Part shown: piece after piece, positions 29,973 to 39,459 of the stretch
Layout: the number at the start of each line of letters is the position of its first letter
Numbering within the stretch: position 1 is the stretch's first letter
Assembly (NCBI GenBank): GCA_965218795.1
Contig: OZ244653.1
Span: 1,120,001 to 1,184,000 of the forward strand
Length of the DNA stretch: 64,000 bases
Source: a bacterium
GTDB lineage: Bacteria; UBA8248; JACPRG01; G963555815
Reading direction: 5' to 3'
Made by a program: the position numbers and the translations under genes
Notes under the pieces: generated by a model
Told to the model about the DNA's origin: nothing
Seen by the model: the letters and a program-made list of their open reading frames with translations, nothing else
Database searches by the model: none

Positions 29973-31040
29973 GTGGTTTCCCAAACCGACAGTCCGACCC
30001 TCGAAGCGCTCCGAAACTGGCATCCTCGGATGCTCGCCAACGGTGTCGACTACAACGATGCCGAGGAGACCCTGAAGCGCGTCGAATCCTGGGAGGACTG
30101 GTGCCGCGAATGGTGCGACACAGCCGCCGTTCACGAAAGCCTGGCTGAAGAGGCCGCCGGAAGAAACCGCAGGCGGACCGCAGCGGAGGCATTTTTGAAG
30201 GCCTCGGTCACCTATCACTTCGCACAATTCGTTTGGGATGAAGACCTTCAGCAGAAACAGGCGGCCCAGGACAAAAAGGTCGAGACCTTTCGCAAGGCCC
30301 TGCCCCTCTTGGATGAGCCCATCGAATGGGTGGAGGTCCCCTTTGAAGACACCATCCTTCCCGGATTTCTACGAAGGCCCGGGGCGGTCGATCGCGCACC
30401 CGTCGTTCTCATCATTCCCGGGCTGGATTCCACGAAGGAGGAGTTCTACAGTCTGGGCAACGATTTTCTGGCCAGAGGCCTCGCCGTGTTGGCCTTTGAC
30501 GGTCCCGGCCAGGGAGAGGTCCACCCGCACATCAAGATGCGGGAGGATTACGAGTCGGCCGTGTCGGCTGTGATCGATTGGGTACGGGCGCGGCGCGACC
30601 TGGATGGGGAGCGAATCGGCGTCTGCGGAATCAGCACCGGGGGCTATTACGCCCCCCGGGCGGCCGCCTTTGACCAGCGGATCAAGGCGTGCGTCGGGGT
30701 CGCGGGATTCTACAATATGGCCGACTGCTGGGACGACATGCCCGGTCTGACCCAAAACGGTTTCCGGTTTGCCTGGGGGGCCTTCGACATCGATGAAGCC
30801 AGGGAAAGGTCCATGGCCATCAGCTTGAAGGGAATTGCAAAGGCTATCGCCTGCCCCTTGCTGATCATCCATGGGGCGCTGGATCGAATCGTACCGGTTT
30901 CGCACGGGGAGGCGATCGTCGCCGAGGCTTCAGGCCCCAAGGAATTCGTCATGTTCCCGGACGGAAACCACGTGTGCAACAACATCCCCTACAAGTACCG
31001 GCCGCTGGCGGGGGACTGGTTGTCGGAAGCCCTCGCTTGA
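29973..31040 (+). CDS. Alpha/beta hydrolase, 2,6-dihydroxypseudooxynicotine hydrolase/FrsA-like
   Basis: 'GLDSTKEE', 'DGPGQGE', GISTGG, 'HG.LD', 'GNHVCNN'. Confidence 0.85.
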   Translation: MVSQTDSPTLEALRNWHPRMLANGVDYNDAEETLKRVESWEDWCREWCDTAAVHESLAEEAAGRNRRRTAAEAFLKASVTYHFAQFVWDEDLQQKQAAQDKKVETFRKALPLLDEPIEWVEVPFEDTILPGFLRRPGAVDRAPVVLIIPGLDSTKEEFYSLGNDFLARGLAVLAFDGPGQGEVHPHIKMREDYESAVSAVIDWVRARRDLDGERIGVCGISTGGYYAPRAAAFDQRIKACVGVAGFYNMADCWDDMPGLTQNGFRFAWGAFDIDEARERSMAISLKGIAKAIACPLLIIHGALDRIVPVSHGEAIVAEASGPKEFVMFPDGNHVCNNIPYKYRPLAGDWLSEALA

Positions 31041-31236
31041 TAGCAATGCGAAATCGGAATATCGTGCTGGCGAAGGTATAAAAAGGGGGAACCCAGGATT
31101 CAGGACATGGCGGACTTCAGCGTCGGGAAAGACGCCATTAAGCCGCTGGGGATGCTGTAGACGGACGAAAAATCTCAGGGAGAACCAAACTGCAGGTTCT
31201 AACCTGTACCTGTAGGTCAAAAAGAGAACGGAGCTT

Positions 31237-32319
31237 CTATGGCCCGTTCCTGACGCCGTGGGGGTACATCATCACGCGGTAGGCGCCTCCTTTCCGCTCC
31301 CGGAAGGTTTCCAGGGCCTCCCCGAAATCCGTCAGCGCCATTTTGTGGGTCAGTAACGGCTCGACGTTCACGTACCCCCGGGAGATCATCTCCAGCCCCC
31401 GCCGGCAGACCCATTTCGGATTCGCCACCGATCCGTGAATGTTCAGGTGTCCCCTGACAATCACGCTGAGGTCGACCTGCAACTCGCGGCCCGGCGAAGT
31501 CGAACCCGCCAGGACGATCCGGCCTCCACGCCGGGCGGAGAGAACGGCCTGCAGACCGGCCTCCGCGGACCCGGCCAGCTCGACGACGACATCGGCGCCC
31601 CGCCCGCCGAAGTGGGATCGGATGACTTCCACGGGCTCCTTCTCGAAACGGACGTTGACCACGGCGTCGCAGCCCAAATCCGTGCCCAGGGAGAGGCGCT
31701 CGTCGCGCGTGCCGGCCAGAACGACTTTCCCGGCTCCCCGCGCCCGGACGATCTGCGTCGCGCAGTAGCCGATGGCTCCGGGGCCCAGGACCAGGACGTC
31801 CTCCCCCGCTTCGATGCCGATTCGCTCGATCGCGTAGAGAGCCACGCCGACCGATTCGATGAACGCGCCCTGCCCGAACGTAAGATTTTTCGGCAACCGG
31901 TGGAGGGCCTTGACGGAAACCGCGCAGTATTCCGCCAGGCCGCCGCTGGTCGTAAATCCGATATGGGCATGACCCTTGTCCGCCCGGCCGTAGTTTTCGC
32001 AGAGGTTGTACGCGCCTTCCAGGCACATGCGGCAGCCGCCGCAGCCGACGTGCGGCTCGGCGCCCACGCGGTCGCCCGGCCGAAGCTCGTCGACGCCCTC
32101 CCCGACCGCGACCACCTCCCCGCTCCATTCATGGCCGGGGACGTGGGGAAACCGGGTTCCGGGGAACATCCCTCCAAGGATCTTGAAGTCGGTTCCGCAA
32201 ATGGTCGTCGCCATGACCTTGACCAGAGCGGCGCCCGGCGGCGGCTCGGGAACGGGAACGTCGTCGAACTCGAATTTGCCGGGCTCAGGGTAAACGACCG
32301 CTTTCATCGTGTCGGCCAT
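31237..32319 (-). CDS. Zn-dependent alcohol dehydrogenase (MDR)
   Basis: 'CGTD', 'GHEWSG', CxxCxxC..C, 'GPGAIG'. Confidence 0.95.
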   Translation of the reverse strand: MADTMKAVVYPEPGKFEFDDVPVPEPPPGAALVKVMATTICGTDFKILGGMFPGTRFPHVPGHEWSGEVVAVGEGVDELRPGDRVGAEPHVGCGGCRMCLEGAYNLCENYGRADKGHAHIGFTTSGGLAEYCAVSVKALHRLPKNLTFGQGAFIESVGVALYAIERIGIEAGEDVLVLGPGAIGYCATQIVRARGAGKVVLAGTRDERLSLGTDLGCDAVVNVRFEKEPVEVIRSHFGGRGADVVVELAGSAEAGLQAVLSARRGGRIVLAGSTSPGRELQVDLSVIVRGHLNIHGSVANPKWVCRRGLEMISRGYVNVEPLLTHKMALTDFGEALETFRERKGGAYRVMMYPHGVRNGP

Positions 32320-32487
32320 GAAGTGGTCCTCATCCGGAAATCTCGGGCGGGCTTGCAATCTCGCCGGGGGATTGTAGCATAACCCCCGGACGGTCCCCGG
32401 CCCGCGGCCCAATGCCGACCGGGCGCCTTCCCCCTGAACCCGGGACCCAGACACCGGCGGCCATCGCCTTGATGAGGAGCGGAAAGC

Positions 32488-33609
32488 ATGCCTGACCCGC
32501 GCACGGTCCGCATGGCCCGGACCATCGTCCGGTACTCTTCGGAAGTCAAAAGGGGAGACATCGTCCGAATCACGGGAGGCACGGAGGCCGCCCCGCTCCT
32601 TCGGGAGATCTTCCGGGAGTGTGTCGACGCCGGCGCGCATCCCTACGTCCAGGCGGGGATCTCAGGGTTGGATGAGATCTTTCTGAACCGGGCCGACAAG
32701 CCCCAATTGGAATTCATCCAGCCGGTCGCAGCGTTCGAGATCAAAAAGGTGGACGTTCTGATCAACGTTCTCTCCGAGGTCAATACCAAGCGACTTTCCG
32801 GCAGCGATCCGGCGCGACAGGCCCTGGCCCAGCAGGCCCGCAAGCCCATCATGAACGCCTTCATGAAGCGCGCGGCCAGACACGAGCGGGGCGAGCAAGG
32901 GGGGCTGCGCTGGACCCTCACGCTCTGGCCCACACAGGCATACGCCCAGGACGCTGAGATGTCCCTGGCCGAGTACAGCGATTTTGTCTACAAAGCATGC
33001 TTCGCCCACAAGACCGATCCCATCAAGGAGTGGAACAAGATCGCTTCCTTCCAGAAAAAAGTCATCCGGTACCTGAAGGACCGCAAAAAAGTGCATCTCA
33101 GCGGACCGGACACGGACTTGGAGCTGGGGATTCGCGGACGCACCTTCATCAACTGCGAGGGCAAGCGCAATTTCCCCGACGGCGAGGTCTTCACCGGGCC
33201 CGAGGAGCGCTCCGTCCGGGGTCACATCGCCTACACCTTCCCGGCGACCTATGGCGGGCGCGAGGTCGAGGGCGTTCGGCTGCGGTTCGAGAAGGGCGAG
33301 GTGGTGGAGTTCTCGGCTGAGAAGAATGAAGCGTACCTTGCCCAGATGATCGGGATGGACCCGGGCGCCAAACGGGTCGGCGAATTCGCCTTCGCCCTGA
33401 ACCCCGGCATTCAGCGGTTCACCAAGAACATCCTCTTCGATGAAAAAATCGGCGGGACGGTCCACCTGGCGCTGGGCAAGGGCTACCCCGAGAGCGGTTC
33501 GAGGAACGATTCGGCTCTCCACTGGGACATGATCTGCGACCTCAGGAAAAAGGGCGAGGTATACGTCGACGGCAGGCTCTTCGAGAAAAACGGAAGGCTG
33601 ATGATCTGA
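32488..33609 (+). CDS. Aminopeptidase, M29 family (AmpS/AmpT)
   Basis: 'NFPDGEVFTGP', 'GEFA', 'LFDEK..GTVHLALG', 'SALHWD'. Confidence 0.95.
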   Translation: MPDPRTVRMARTIVRYSSEVKRGDIVRITGGTEAAPLLREIFRECVDAGAHPYVQAGISGLDEIFLNRADKPQLEFIQPVAAFEIKKVDVLINVLSEVNTKRLSGSDPARQALAQQARKPIMNAFMKRAARHERGEQGGLRWTLTLWPTQAYAQDAEMSLAEYSDFVYKACFAHKTDPIKEWNKIASFQKKVIRYLKDRKKVHLSGPDTDLELGIRGRTFINCEGKRNFPDGEVFTGPEERSVRGHIAYTFPATYGGREVEGVRLRFEKGEVVEFSAEKNEAYLAQMIGMDPGAKRVGEFAFALNPGIQRFTKNILFDEKIGGTVHLALGKGYPESGSRNDSALHWDMICDLRKKGEVYVDGRLFEKNGRLMI

Positions 33610-33854
33610 CCACACCGGCGGCTTCCGAAATTCCCGGCGCGCTCCGGAGGCCCTGAGCCCCCGTGTCCGGACGGATGGCCCGCCTTTATTTCATACGCTT
33701 CTCCTCGCACCGTGAGTCGATGAACATCGTCGCGACGCCGAACCAGCGCGGGAGGTTCCCGTCCCTGATCCGTTCGAGGCGGCCGAGGACGCCCGGGATC
33801 TCGCCCTTCATCGGCTCGATCTGCACCCGAAGTGTCTTTTTTTGAAGCGACTGC

Positions 33855-35780
33855 TCAGATCGTCCGGCCGACAAGGGCTCCGCTCTGCATGGCCCCGAAC
33901 AGCCCGCCCGGTTTGGCAAAGTCGCCGACCGCGTGGACCGGGATGTTCAGCTTCGCCAGATCCCCGTTGAGACCTTTCTTCGGCTCCACGCCGACCGAAA
34001 GGACCACGGTGTCCGCCGGGATTTCGTCCACGACGCCGTGAACGCGGAAGCTCACGGTCCCGTCATCGGCAATGGCCGTGACCCGGGACCGCAACAGGCG
34101 ATTCACTCCGGAATCCTCCAGCCCCTTCATCAGAAACGGCCGGTGCATGCCTTCGATCTTGGGAGCCAGCTCTTCCTTCATCTCCAGCAGCGTCACCCGC
34201 CTCCCCTTTCGCGCGAAATGCCACGCCGTCTCGCATCCCTTGATCCCCGCTCCGACAACGGCCACCGATTCCCCGACCAGGCTCTCATCGACCAGGGCGC
34301 GGTCGGCGGTTACGACCTTGGGTCCCCCGCACCCGGAAATGTCCGCCGGCCGCACAAACTCCGCCCCCACGGCCAGGACGACTTCCTCTGCGCCGATTCC
34401 AGCGATCGTATCGGGCGTCGCGCGCACGCCCCGTCTGATTTCAATCGGCAGCTTTTCCACCTGACGTATCTGAAATTCCAGGAAGGATCGCAGGTCTGTC
34501 TTGAAATCCGGGCGGGTGGCCGGTACGAGCGCGCCCCCCAGATGGTCCCGGCCCTCGAAGAGCGTGACCTGGTGTCCCCGGAGAGCCAGGACGCGGGCGG
34601 CCTCCATGCCGGCCGGCCCGCCGCCGATCACGGCCGCCCTCTTCGGCGTTTCAGCGGGTTCGATGACGAACTCCGCTTCAAAACCGCTGGCGGGATTCAC
34701 GTCGCAGAGGATGCGGTTTCCCTGCAGCCCGTTTCTCAGGCATCCGGAGTTGCAGCGGATACAGGGCCGCAGGTCTTCCAGACGCCCCTCTCGGACCTTA
34801 TTGGCCCAAGCGGGCTCGGCGTGAAGCTGGCGGGCCATGGATACCATGTCCGCCCTGCCCTCCCGGATCACAGCCTCGAGATGCACGGGGTCGCTCAGCC
34901 CCCCCGATGCGATGACAGGTACGGACGAAACCTTTTTGACGGCCGCGGCCAAGGGCACGAGATTTCCTCGTTTGCCGTACGCGGGCGTACTGCGAAGATG
35001 GCGGGTTTCGTAATTCCCGGCGGTGATATGAATCAGGTCCACTCCGTCCCGGACAAAGGCGCGGGCGGCTTCACAGGCATCCGTCATGATCATTCCGCCC
35101 CGGAACAGCCCTGATCCGCTCATCCGGATGCCCAACGGATAAGCCTCCCCCAATGCCTTCCTCACGGCCTCGACCACCATCCGGGAAAACCTGAGTCGAT
35201 TCTGCAACTCCCCGCCAAAGGCGTCGGTTCGGCGATTCGTCTCCGGAGAGAAAAAACCGTCCATGAGATATCCGTTCGCGCCGTGGATTTCGACCAGGTC
35301 GAACCCGGCTTCTTTTCCCCGGCGGGCGGCCTCGCCGAAGTCGGAGACGATTTGGTGGATTTCCGCCTCGTCGACTTCCTTGACCTCCCGGCCCTCGGGC
35401 GTTGCCGAGGCCGAGGGAACCCGCGGCGGCCCGCCCGGCAGGAGCCGTTGGGCCCCGCAATGGCAGATCTGAAGGGCCGAGACGGCGCCCTCTTCACGGA
35501 TGACGGCCGCAAGACGACTGAGCCCTTCTATCTTGTCGTCGTCCTCCGCGCCCAATTCTCTGTGCCATGACTTGCTGGCGATGTTGTCGATATAGGTAAA
35601 CTCCACAATGACGAGACCGGCCCCGCCCCGGGCGCGCTCCCGGTAATAGGCGATCATCTCGGGCGTAACGAACCCGTCCGGCGTCGCATAATTCGTGCAC
35701 ATGGGGGCTTTGACGATCCGGTTCTGGATCCGGAGCCCTGCGATATCAATCGGCCGGAACAGGTTGGGATATTCCGTCAT
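33855..35780 (-). CDS. NADH:flavin oxidoreductase (OYE TIM barrel + 4Fe-4S + FAD domain; FadH/BaiCD-like)
   Basis: 'NRIVKAPM', 'EIHGANGYL..F.SP..N.RTD.FGG', 'CIRCNSGC', 'GGGPAG'. Confidence 0.93.
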   Translation of the reverse strand: MTEYPNLFRPIDIAGLRIQNRIVKAPMCTNYATPDGFVTPEMIAYYRERARGGAGLVIVEFTYIDNIASKSWHRELGAEDDDKIEGLSRLAAVIREEGAVSALQICHCGAQRLLPGGPPRVPSASATPEGREVKEVDEAEIHQIVSDFGEAARRGKEAGFDLVEIHGANGYLMDGFFSPETNRRTDAFGGELQNRLRFSRMVVEAVRKALGEAYPLGIRMSGSGLFRGGMIMTDACEAARAFVRDGVDLIHITAGNYETRHLRSTPAYGKRGNLVPLAAAVKKVSSVPVIASGGLSDPVHLEAVIREGRADMVSMARQLHAEPAWANKVREGRLEDLRPCIRCNSGCLRNGLQGNRILCDVNPASGFEAEFVIEPAETPKRAAVIGGGPAGMEAARVLALRGHQVTLFEGRDHLGGALVPATRPDFKTDLRSFLEFQIRQVEKLPIEIRRGVRATPDTIAGIGAEEVVLAVGAEFVRPADISGCGGPKVVTADRALVDESLVGESVAVVGAGIKGCETAWHFARKGRRVTLLEMKEELAPKIEGMHRPFLMKGLEDSGVNRLLRSRVTAIADDGTVSFRVHGVVDEIPADTVVLSVGVEPKKGLNGDLAKLNIPVHAVGDFAKPGGLFGAMQSGALVGRTI

Positions 35781-36047
35781 TCGATCCTCCCCAGGAATGA
35801 TGTGAAGGCCCGAGACCGATTCAATCCGTAAACGGCAGAAGCACGTCCGGCGATTCGCCGCCGACTACGACGATCCGGTTCTCCGAGGGGTCCTCGAAGA
35901 AGATGCCGCCGCTCTTGCGCTCTACATCGAATCCCGATGAAGCCAACCGTCCTTCCAATCGCTTCACCTCGTCCCCGCCGGGCAGGCAAGTGGCAACGTG
36001 CCACTTCGTTTTCGCGACGCTTTGCGTCGCATCTCCCCGTCCATTCT

Positions 36048-36088
36048 GTCATTCTGAGGCCGCTCCAAATGTTTTTCCCGAAGAATCT
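36048..36088 (+). repeat. GTCATTCTGAG...CGAAGAATCT REP-like element
   Basis: gtcattctgaggccgct...cccgaagaatct; related gtcattccgagcgca at ~17756. Confidence 0.45.
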
Positions 36089-36617
36089 TCTCTGCTCGGA
36101 ATCTGTTCAACCTGTGCGGATTCCATGTATTTTGTAGATGTGAGTCCTCAGGCTGATCCTCTTTTTCTTGCAAAAGACTGAGCGGGCGGGGACGGACAGT
36201 CTCCGACTGAAGACCCGCCCCTGCATTTTTCCCTCTTCATATTCTGTGTAATCTCCGGAGTCGCCTTTCCATCGGCTTTCCCGATAACTCAAATTCAAAA
36301 AAATTGGCTTTTCCGGCCTGAAGCCAAATCAACTTTCCTTAATTCCCAACAACTATTTGGCTTTGTTTGGTCCTTTTTAATCGTTTTCGTAGCCCCTCTC
36401 CGTGCAATTATCATCGAAATTCCCGATTGGAATGCACGGCCATCCCTTTTTCTCCCTCCCGAACACAAACCATTTAACAAATATAATACGAAACTTTCGA
36501 ATTTTCCACCAAAACCGGATTCTCTTCGCTTCTCGTATTTGGATTCCTGTTTACAGGATCCCAAAATTCAGGGTTATCCCGAGTTTGAAGGGACGTTAGA
36601 AATTGGGGGAAGTCCTT

Positions 36618-36954
36618 TCCAGGGGGGCTTTTTGGGAGGCAACGTGCCTCCGCGTTTTCGCGGAGCCCATCGGCGTTGCAGCCGGGCGGAATCGTGGAAT
36701 TGAAATTCATTCACCCTGATGCCCGGCGAAATCGGTGCAGGCCCCGCCTGCCCCCCCTGGCCCCCCGGAAAAACTTCATCTCGCGAAGACTGCCCGCGCC
36801 GTAGCGCGGGCAGTCTTCGCCGGAGCCATCAAAAGTGTCCATACGTCTTTTGCGTTCATTCCAATCGAGGCGGGCGCTTTATGCCCGTCTCGATTGGGAA
36901 ACAAAGGTTTTCGAGGGGGGTCTGGGGGGACAGTTTTCAAAATGTCCCCCCAGA
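36618..36954. repeat. Structured non-coding element, copy 1 (~337 bp)
   Basis: Near-identical to 42780-43098; 17-bp perfect hairpin 36783-36820 plus further stems. Confidence 0.92.
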
Positions 36955-37108
36955 TCGCCGAGCCCGAAATCCTGTTGACTCGTATCCGGGCAAGGATTCT
37001 AATGGGGCGAATGACATCCTGCGGAGAGCCAAAAGCCGGGTCGGAAACGGGAAGTTTCTCCGATGCTGAATTCGGCAGATCGACGATGATATGGGGAGGG
37101 GTTCGACG

Positions 37109-37780
37109 ATGGTCATGGACAGCCGGGAATTCGCCATTCGTGTTATCACGAATTCCGATAAATACGCGGAAAGTCTTCGAGAACAGGCCCTGGATCAAAT
37201 CACGGAAATTGCCCGGACCGACCTCGTCCGGGTCCTTCGGAGCCGGGTCTGGTCTGAATTCACACTCGGCGTCTATCGGCCGGCCAAGCAGATCCTCCTC
37301 CTCCCCGAGGAGGACATCGACCTCAAGTGGATCCTGACCGAGCATCTCGAGGACGAGTACCGGCATTCGAAGATTTTTTCGAGCATTCTGGAAGAGATGG
37401 GGGAGGATGGCGACATCACCCACTATGAGCCGACTCCCGGAGAAAAAGCGCTTCTCCAAGCCTCCCTTCAGTATGACGACCCGATTGATATTGCGGCCGC
37501 CTTTCAGGTGACCGGCGAGGTGATGCTCATCGAGATCCTCAGGCACCTGAAGACGCTCGTGGAGCCGCCCGTTGCCGAGAGAATCGAGAAAGAGGTCATC
37601 CTCGACGAGGGAAGACACGTCAAGAACGGCCGGCTGCTCCTGGAGCGTTATTGCACGACAGAGGAAAAGCAGCGGAGGGTCGTCGAGATCTCAGAAAAGA
37701 CCTTTGAATCCTTGTGCGGAATCTATGGCGTGGATTTCTACGGCTCGATCAAGACCGAAAAAGCGAGGTATCCGGAATGA
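37109..37780 (+). CDS. Ferritin-like (diiron carboxylate) domain protein
   Basis: Two ExxH motifs 'EDEYRH' and 'LDEGRH' with upstream Glu ('WSE', 'TGE'). Confidence 0.82.
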   Translation: MVMDSREFAIRVITNSDKYAESLREQALDQITEIARTDLVRVLRSRVWSEFTLGVYRPAKQILLLPEEDIDLKWILTEHLEDEYRHSKIFSSILEEMGEDGDITHYEPTPGEKALLQASLQYDDPIDIAAAFQVTGEVMLIEILRHLKTLVEPPVAERIEKEVILDEGRHVKNGRLLLERYCTTEEKQRRVVEISEKTFESLCGIYGVDFYGSIKTEKARYPE

Positions 37781-38022
37781 TCGAAGTTGCTGCAAAATGG
37801 TCTTCAGACCAGCTTTCCAAAAGCCTTTCCTCTTTGAAACGGATAACACCATCCTCAAAGATTCCCGCGCAGACTCTTAATCAAATCCTGGAAATATCAA
37901 AGAAGGCCTCCGATTCAGCGAAAAGAGCCGGAGGTAAGGCCGTTAACCTCCCAGCAATGGCTGTCAATGCCATACTCGCCTCCGATTTTTCCGAGACAAT
38001 GGACAAATGGCTGAGGGATGTT
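37600..38022 (+). repeat. 423-bp direct repeat, copy 1
   Basis: Identical by eye to 41364-41786 (offset 3764). Confidence 0.93.
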
Positions 38023-38772
38023 GTCGAACAGTGTACGTCGGTGTCGGTGTATGACAGGGCGCTTGACGCTACTTACAACGCTACAAAGATCGGTGGCGGA
38101 CTGCACAGGCTGTTCGATGAAAGTCATACGTTGTGGGATGCGTGGGACAAAGTGCGAGAGGCATTACCAGGCGATACCCTCTTTCAGGAAGTATCCGGAT
38201 ACACCAGTGCCCTTCTGAAAGACTTCGCGACTCCAATGGGACTTCCATTTTTCAACATGTCGAGGGATCGCTATCACGACATTGCCGGATACTTCAATGA
38301 GCAATTCGATTGGCCGAAGGATTGGTTCAGCGATTTTTTGACCGTAAACGCTGCCGAAATGTTCTCGACAACTATCGGAGTCATTGCCATCGCCTTGAAT
38401 TGGAACAAGCGGGAGGTCAAGCAATTCAGTACTCTTGCCAGCAGCTTGGGGGCCTCAGCAATTATACAGACAAATCCGATTTTAGGGGTTGTTGTTTTGG
38501 TGAGCCTGGCCAGGGCATTGATGGATGCTCGAAAAGAGAACAATTATGGAGATTTCATCAAAGGGCTTACAAAAGGCGGGGTCGGGACAGGGTTATGTCT
38601 TGCAACTGCATCCGCTGTAGGTGGACCTGCTTGGATTGGCATTGTGGCCGGATTGTGCGTGGGATGTATTGTTCACAAAGGGATCGAGTCTGTAGATATA
38701 ACGGAGATTCGGAGTTTCGTTGAATCCTCATTGCATAAAATAATTCCGGAACAAAGACAACTCGCTATATAG
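37777..38772 (+). CDS. Hypothetical membrane protein with HRLFD..H / KD..T..GLP motifs and C-terminal Gly-rich TM helices
   Basis: ATGA overlap with ferritin-like gene; lower GC; hydrophobic C-terminal third. Confidence 0.75.
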   Translation: MIEVAAKWSSDQLSKSLSSLKRITPSSKIPAQTLNQILEISKKASDSAKRAGGKAVNLPAMAVNAILASDFSETMDKWLRDVVEQCTSVSVYDRALDATYNATKIGGGLHRLFDESHTLWDAWDKVREALPGDTLFQEVSGYTSALLKDFATPMGLPFFNMSRDRYHDIAGYFNEQFDWPKDWFSDFLTVNAAEMFSTTIGVIAIALNWNKREVKQFSTLASSLGASAIIQTNPILGVVVLVSLARALMDARKENNYGDFIKGLTKGGVGTGLCLATASAVGGPAWIGIVAGLCVGCIVHKGIESVDITEIRSFVESSLHKIIPEQRQLAI

Positions 38773-38991
38773 GATATTGAAGGCGGCGGAGCGATACCGG
38801 CGATCGCACGTCACCACCCCTGTTCGCTGAGGCACCGCGAGGCGACGGAGCCCGGTTGTGAGCCCGGTGGATAGCGAATGGCCCAAGAGAACGCCTGCCT
38901 GCCCCCTTGCGAAAAAACGAGCTAGTGCAATTGCGGCGTTATAGCGATCAATCTCAATAAGAAGGCAACGTGATACCTCGGCGCCGCTACC

Positions 38992-39459
38992 TCAGAATTG
39001 CCAGCCTTCCTGCTGCATGAACTCTTCGAGACTGAGGCAGGATACGCCAAAATGTTCGCAGATGTTAGGAATCTTAGCCGAATTAGGGCGCTGCTTTTCA
39101 AGCGTCACTACAGGCACTTTCAACACTGCGGCCTTGGCGATGACGAAGGGATCCGCGTTCTTTCCGCCTTTAAGCAGCTTTTGTTGCTCCATGTTGGCCT
39201 GGAAGTGCCTCACAGCATAGATACGTCCGACAAATGCGCCTTCCTCTGCAGTCGGCGTGGTAAAGACGTCTTTGTGGGCTTTGGCCCATTTCTTGAGCTC
39301 ATCGTCCTGATCTTCGATTTCTCGAAACACTTCGCGGGTCGATACAATCTCCCCTATCTCTATCAGCTCATCGAAATTCTCCCAAAGCGTGACAAATGTG
39401 CTGGGATAGAAATTCTTGAAGAGGCTAACAAAGGGTGTCGTATCGAACACATATTTCAT
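38992..39459 (-). CDS. PIN-domain protein, DUF4411 family
   Basis: 'YVFDT', 'FVTLW', 'EV..EI', 'ADPFVIA.A', 'KIPNICEHFGV'. Confidence 0.88.
   Translation of the reverse strand: MKYVFDTTPFVSLFKNFYPSTFVTLWENFDELIEIGEIVSTREVFREIEDQDDELKKWAKAHKDVFTTPTAEEGAFVGRIYAVRHFQANMEQQKLLKGGKNADPFVIAKAAVLKVPVVTLEKQRPNSAKIPNICEHFGVSCLSLEEFMQQEGWQF

Noticed and set aside
33686-33850. Coding-like minus-strand fragment 'VQIEPMKGEIPGVLGRLERIRDGNLPRWFGVATMF' (similar case at 35821-35940 on +)
   Set aside because: Codon usage suggests gene relics, but there is no convincing start and no family could be assigned
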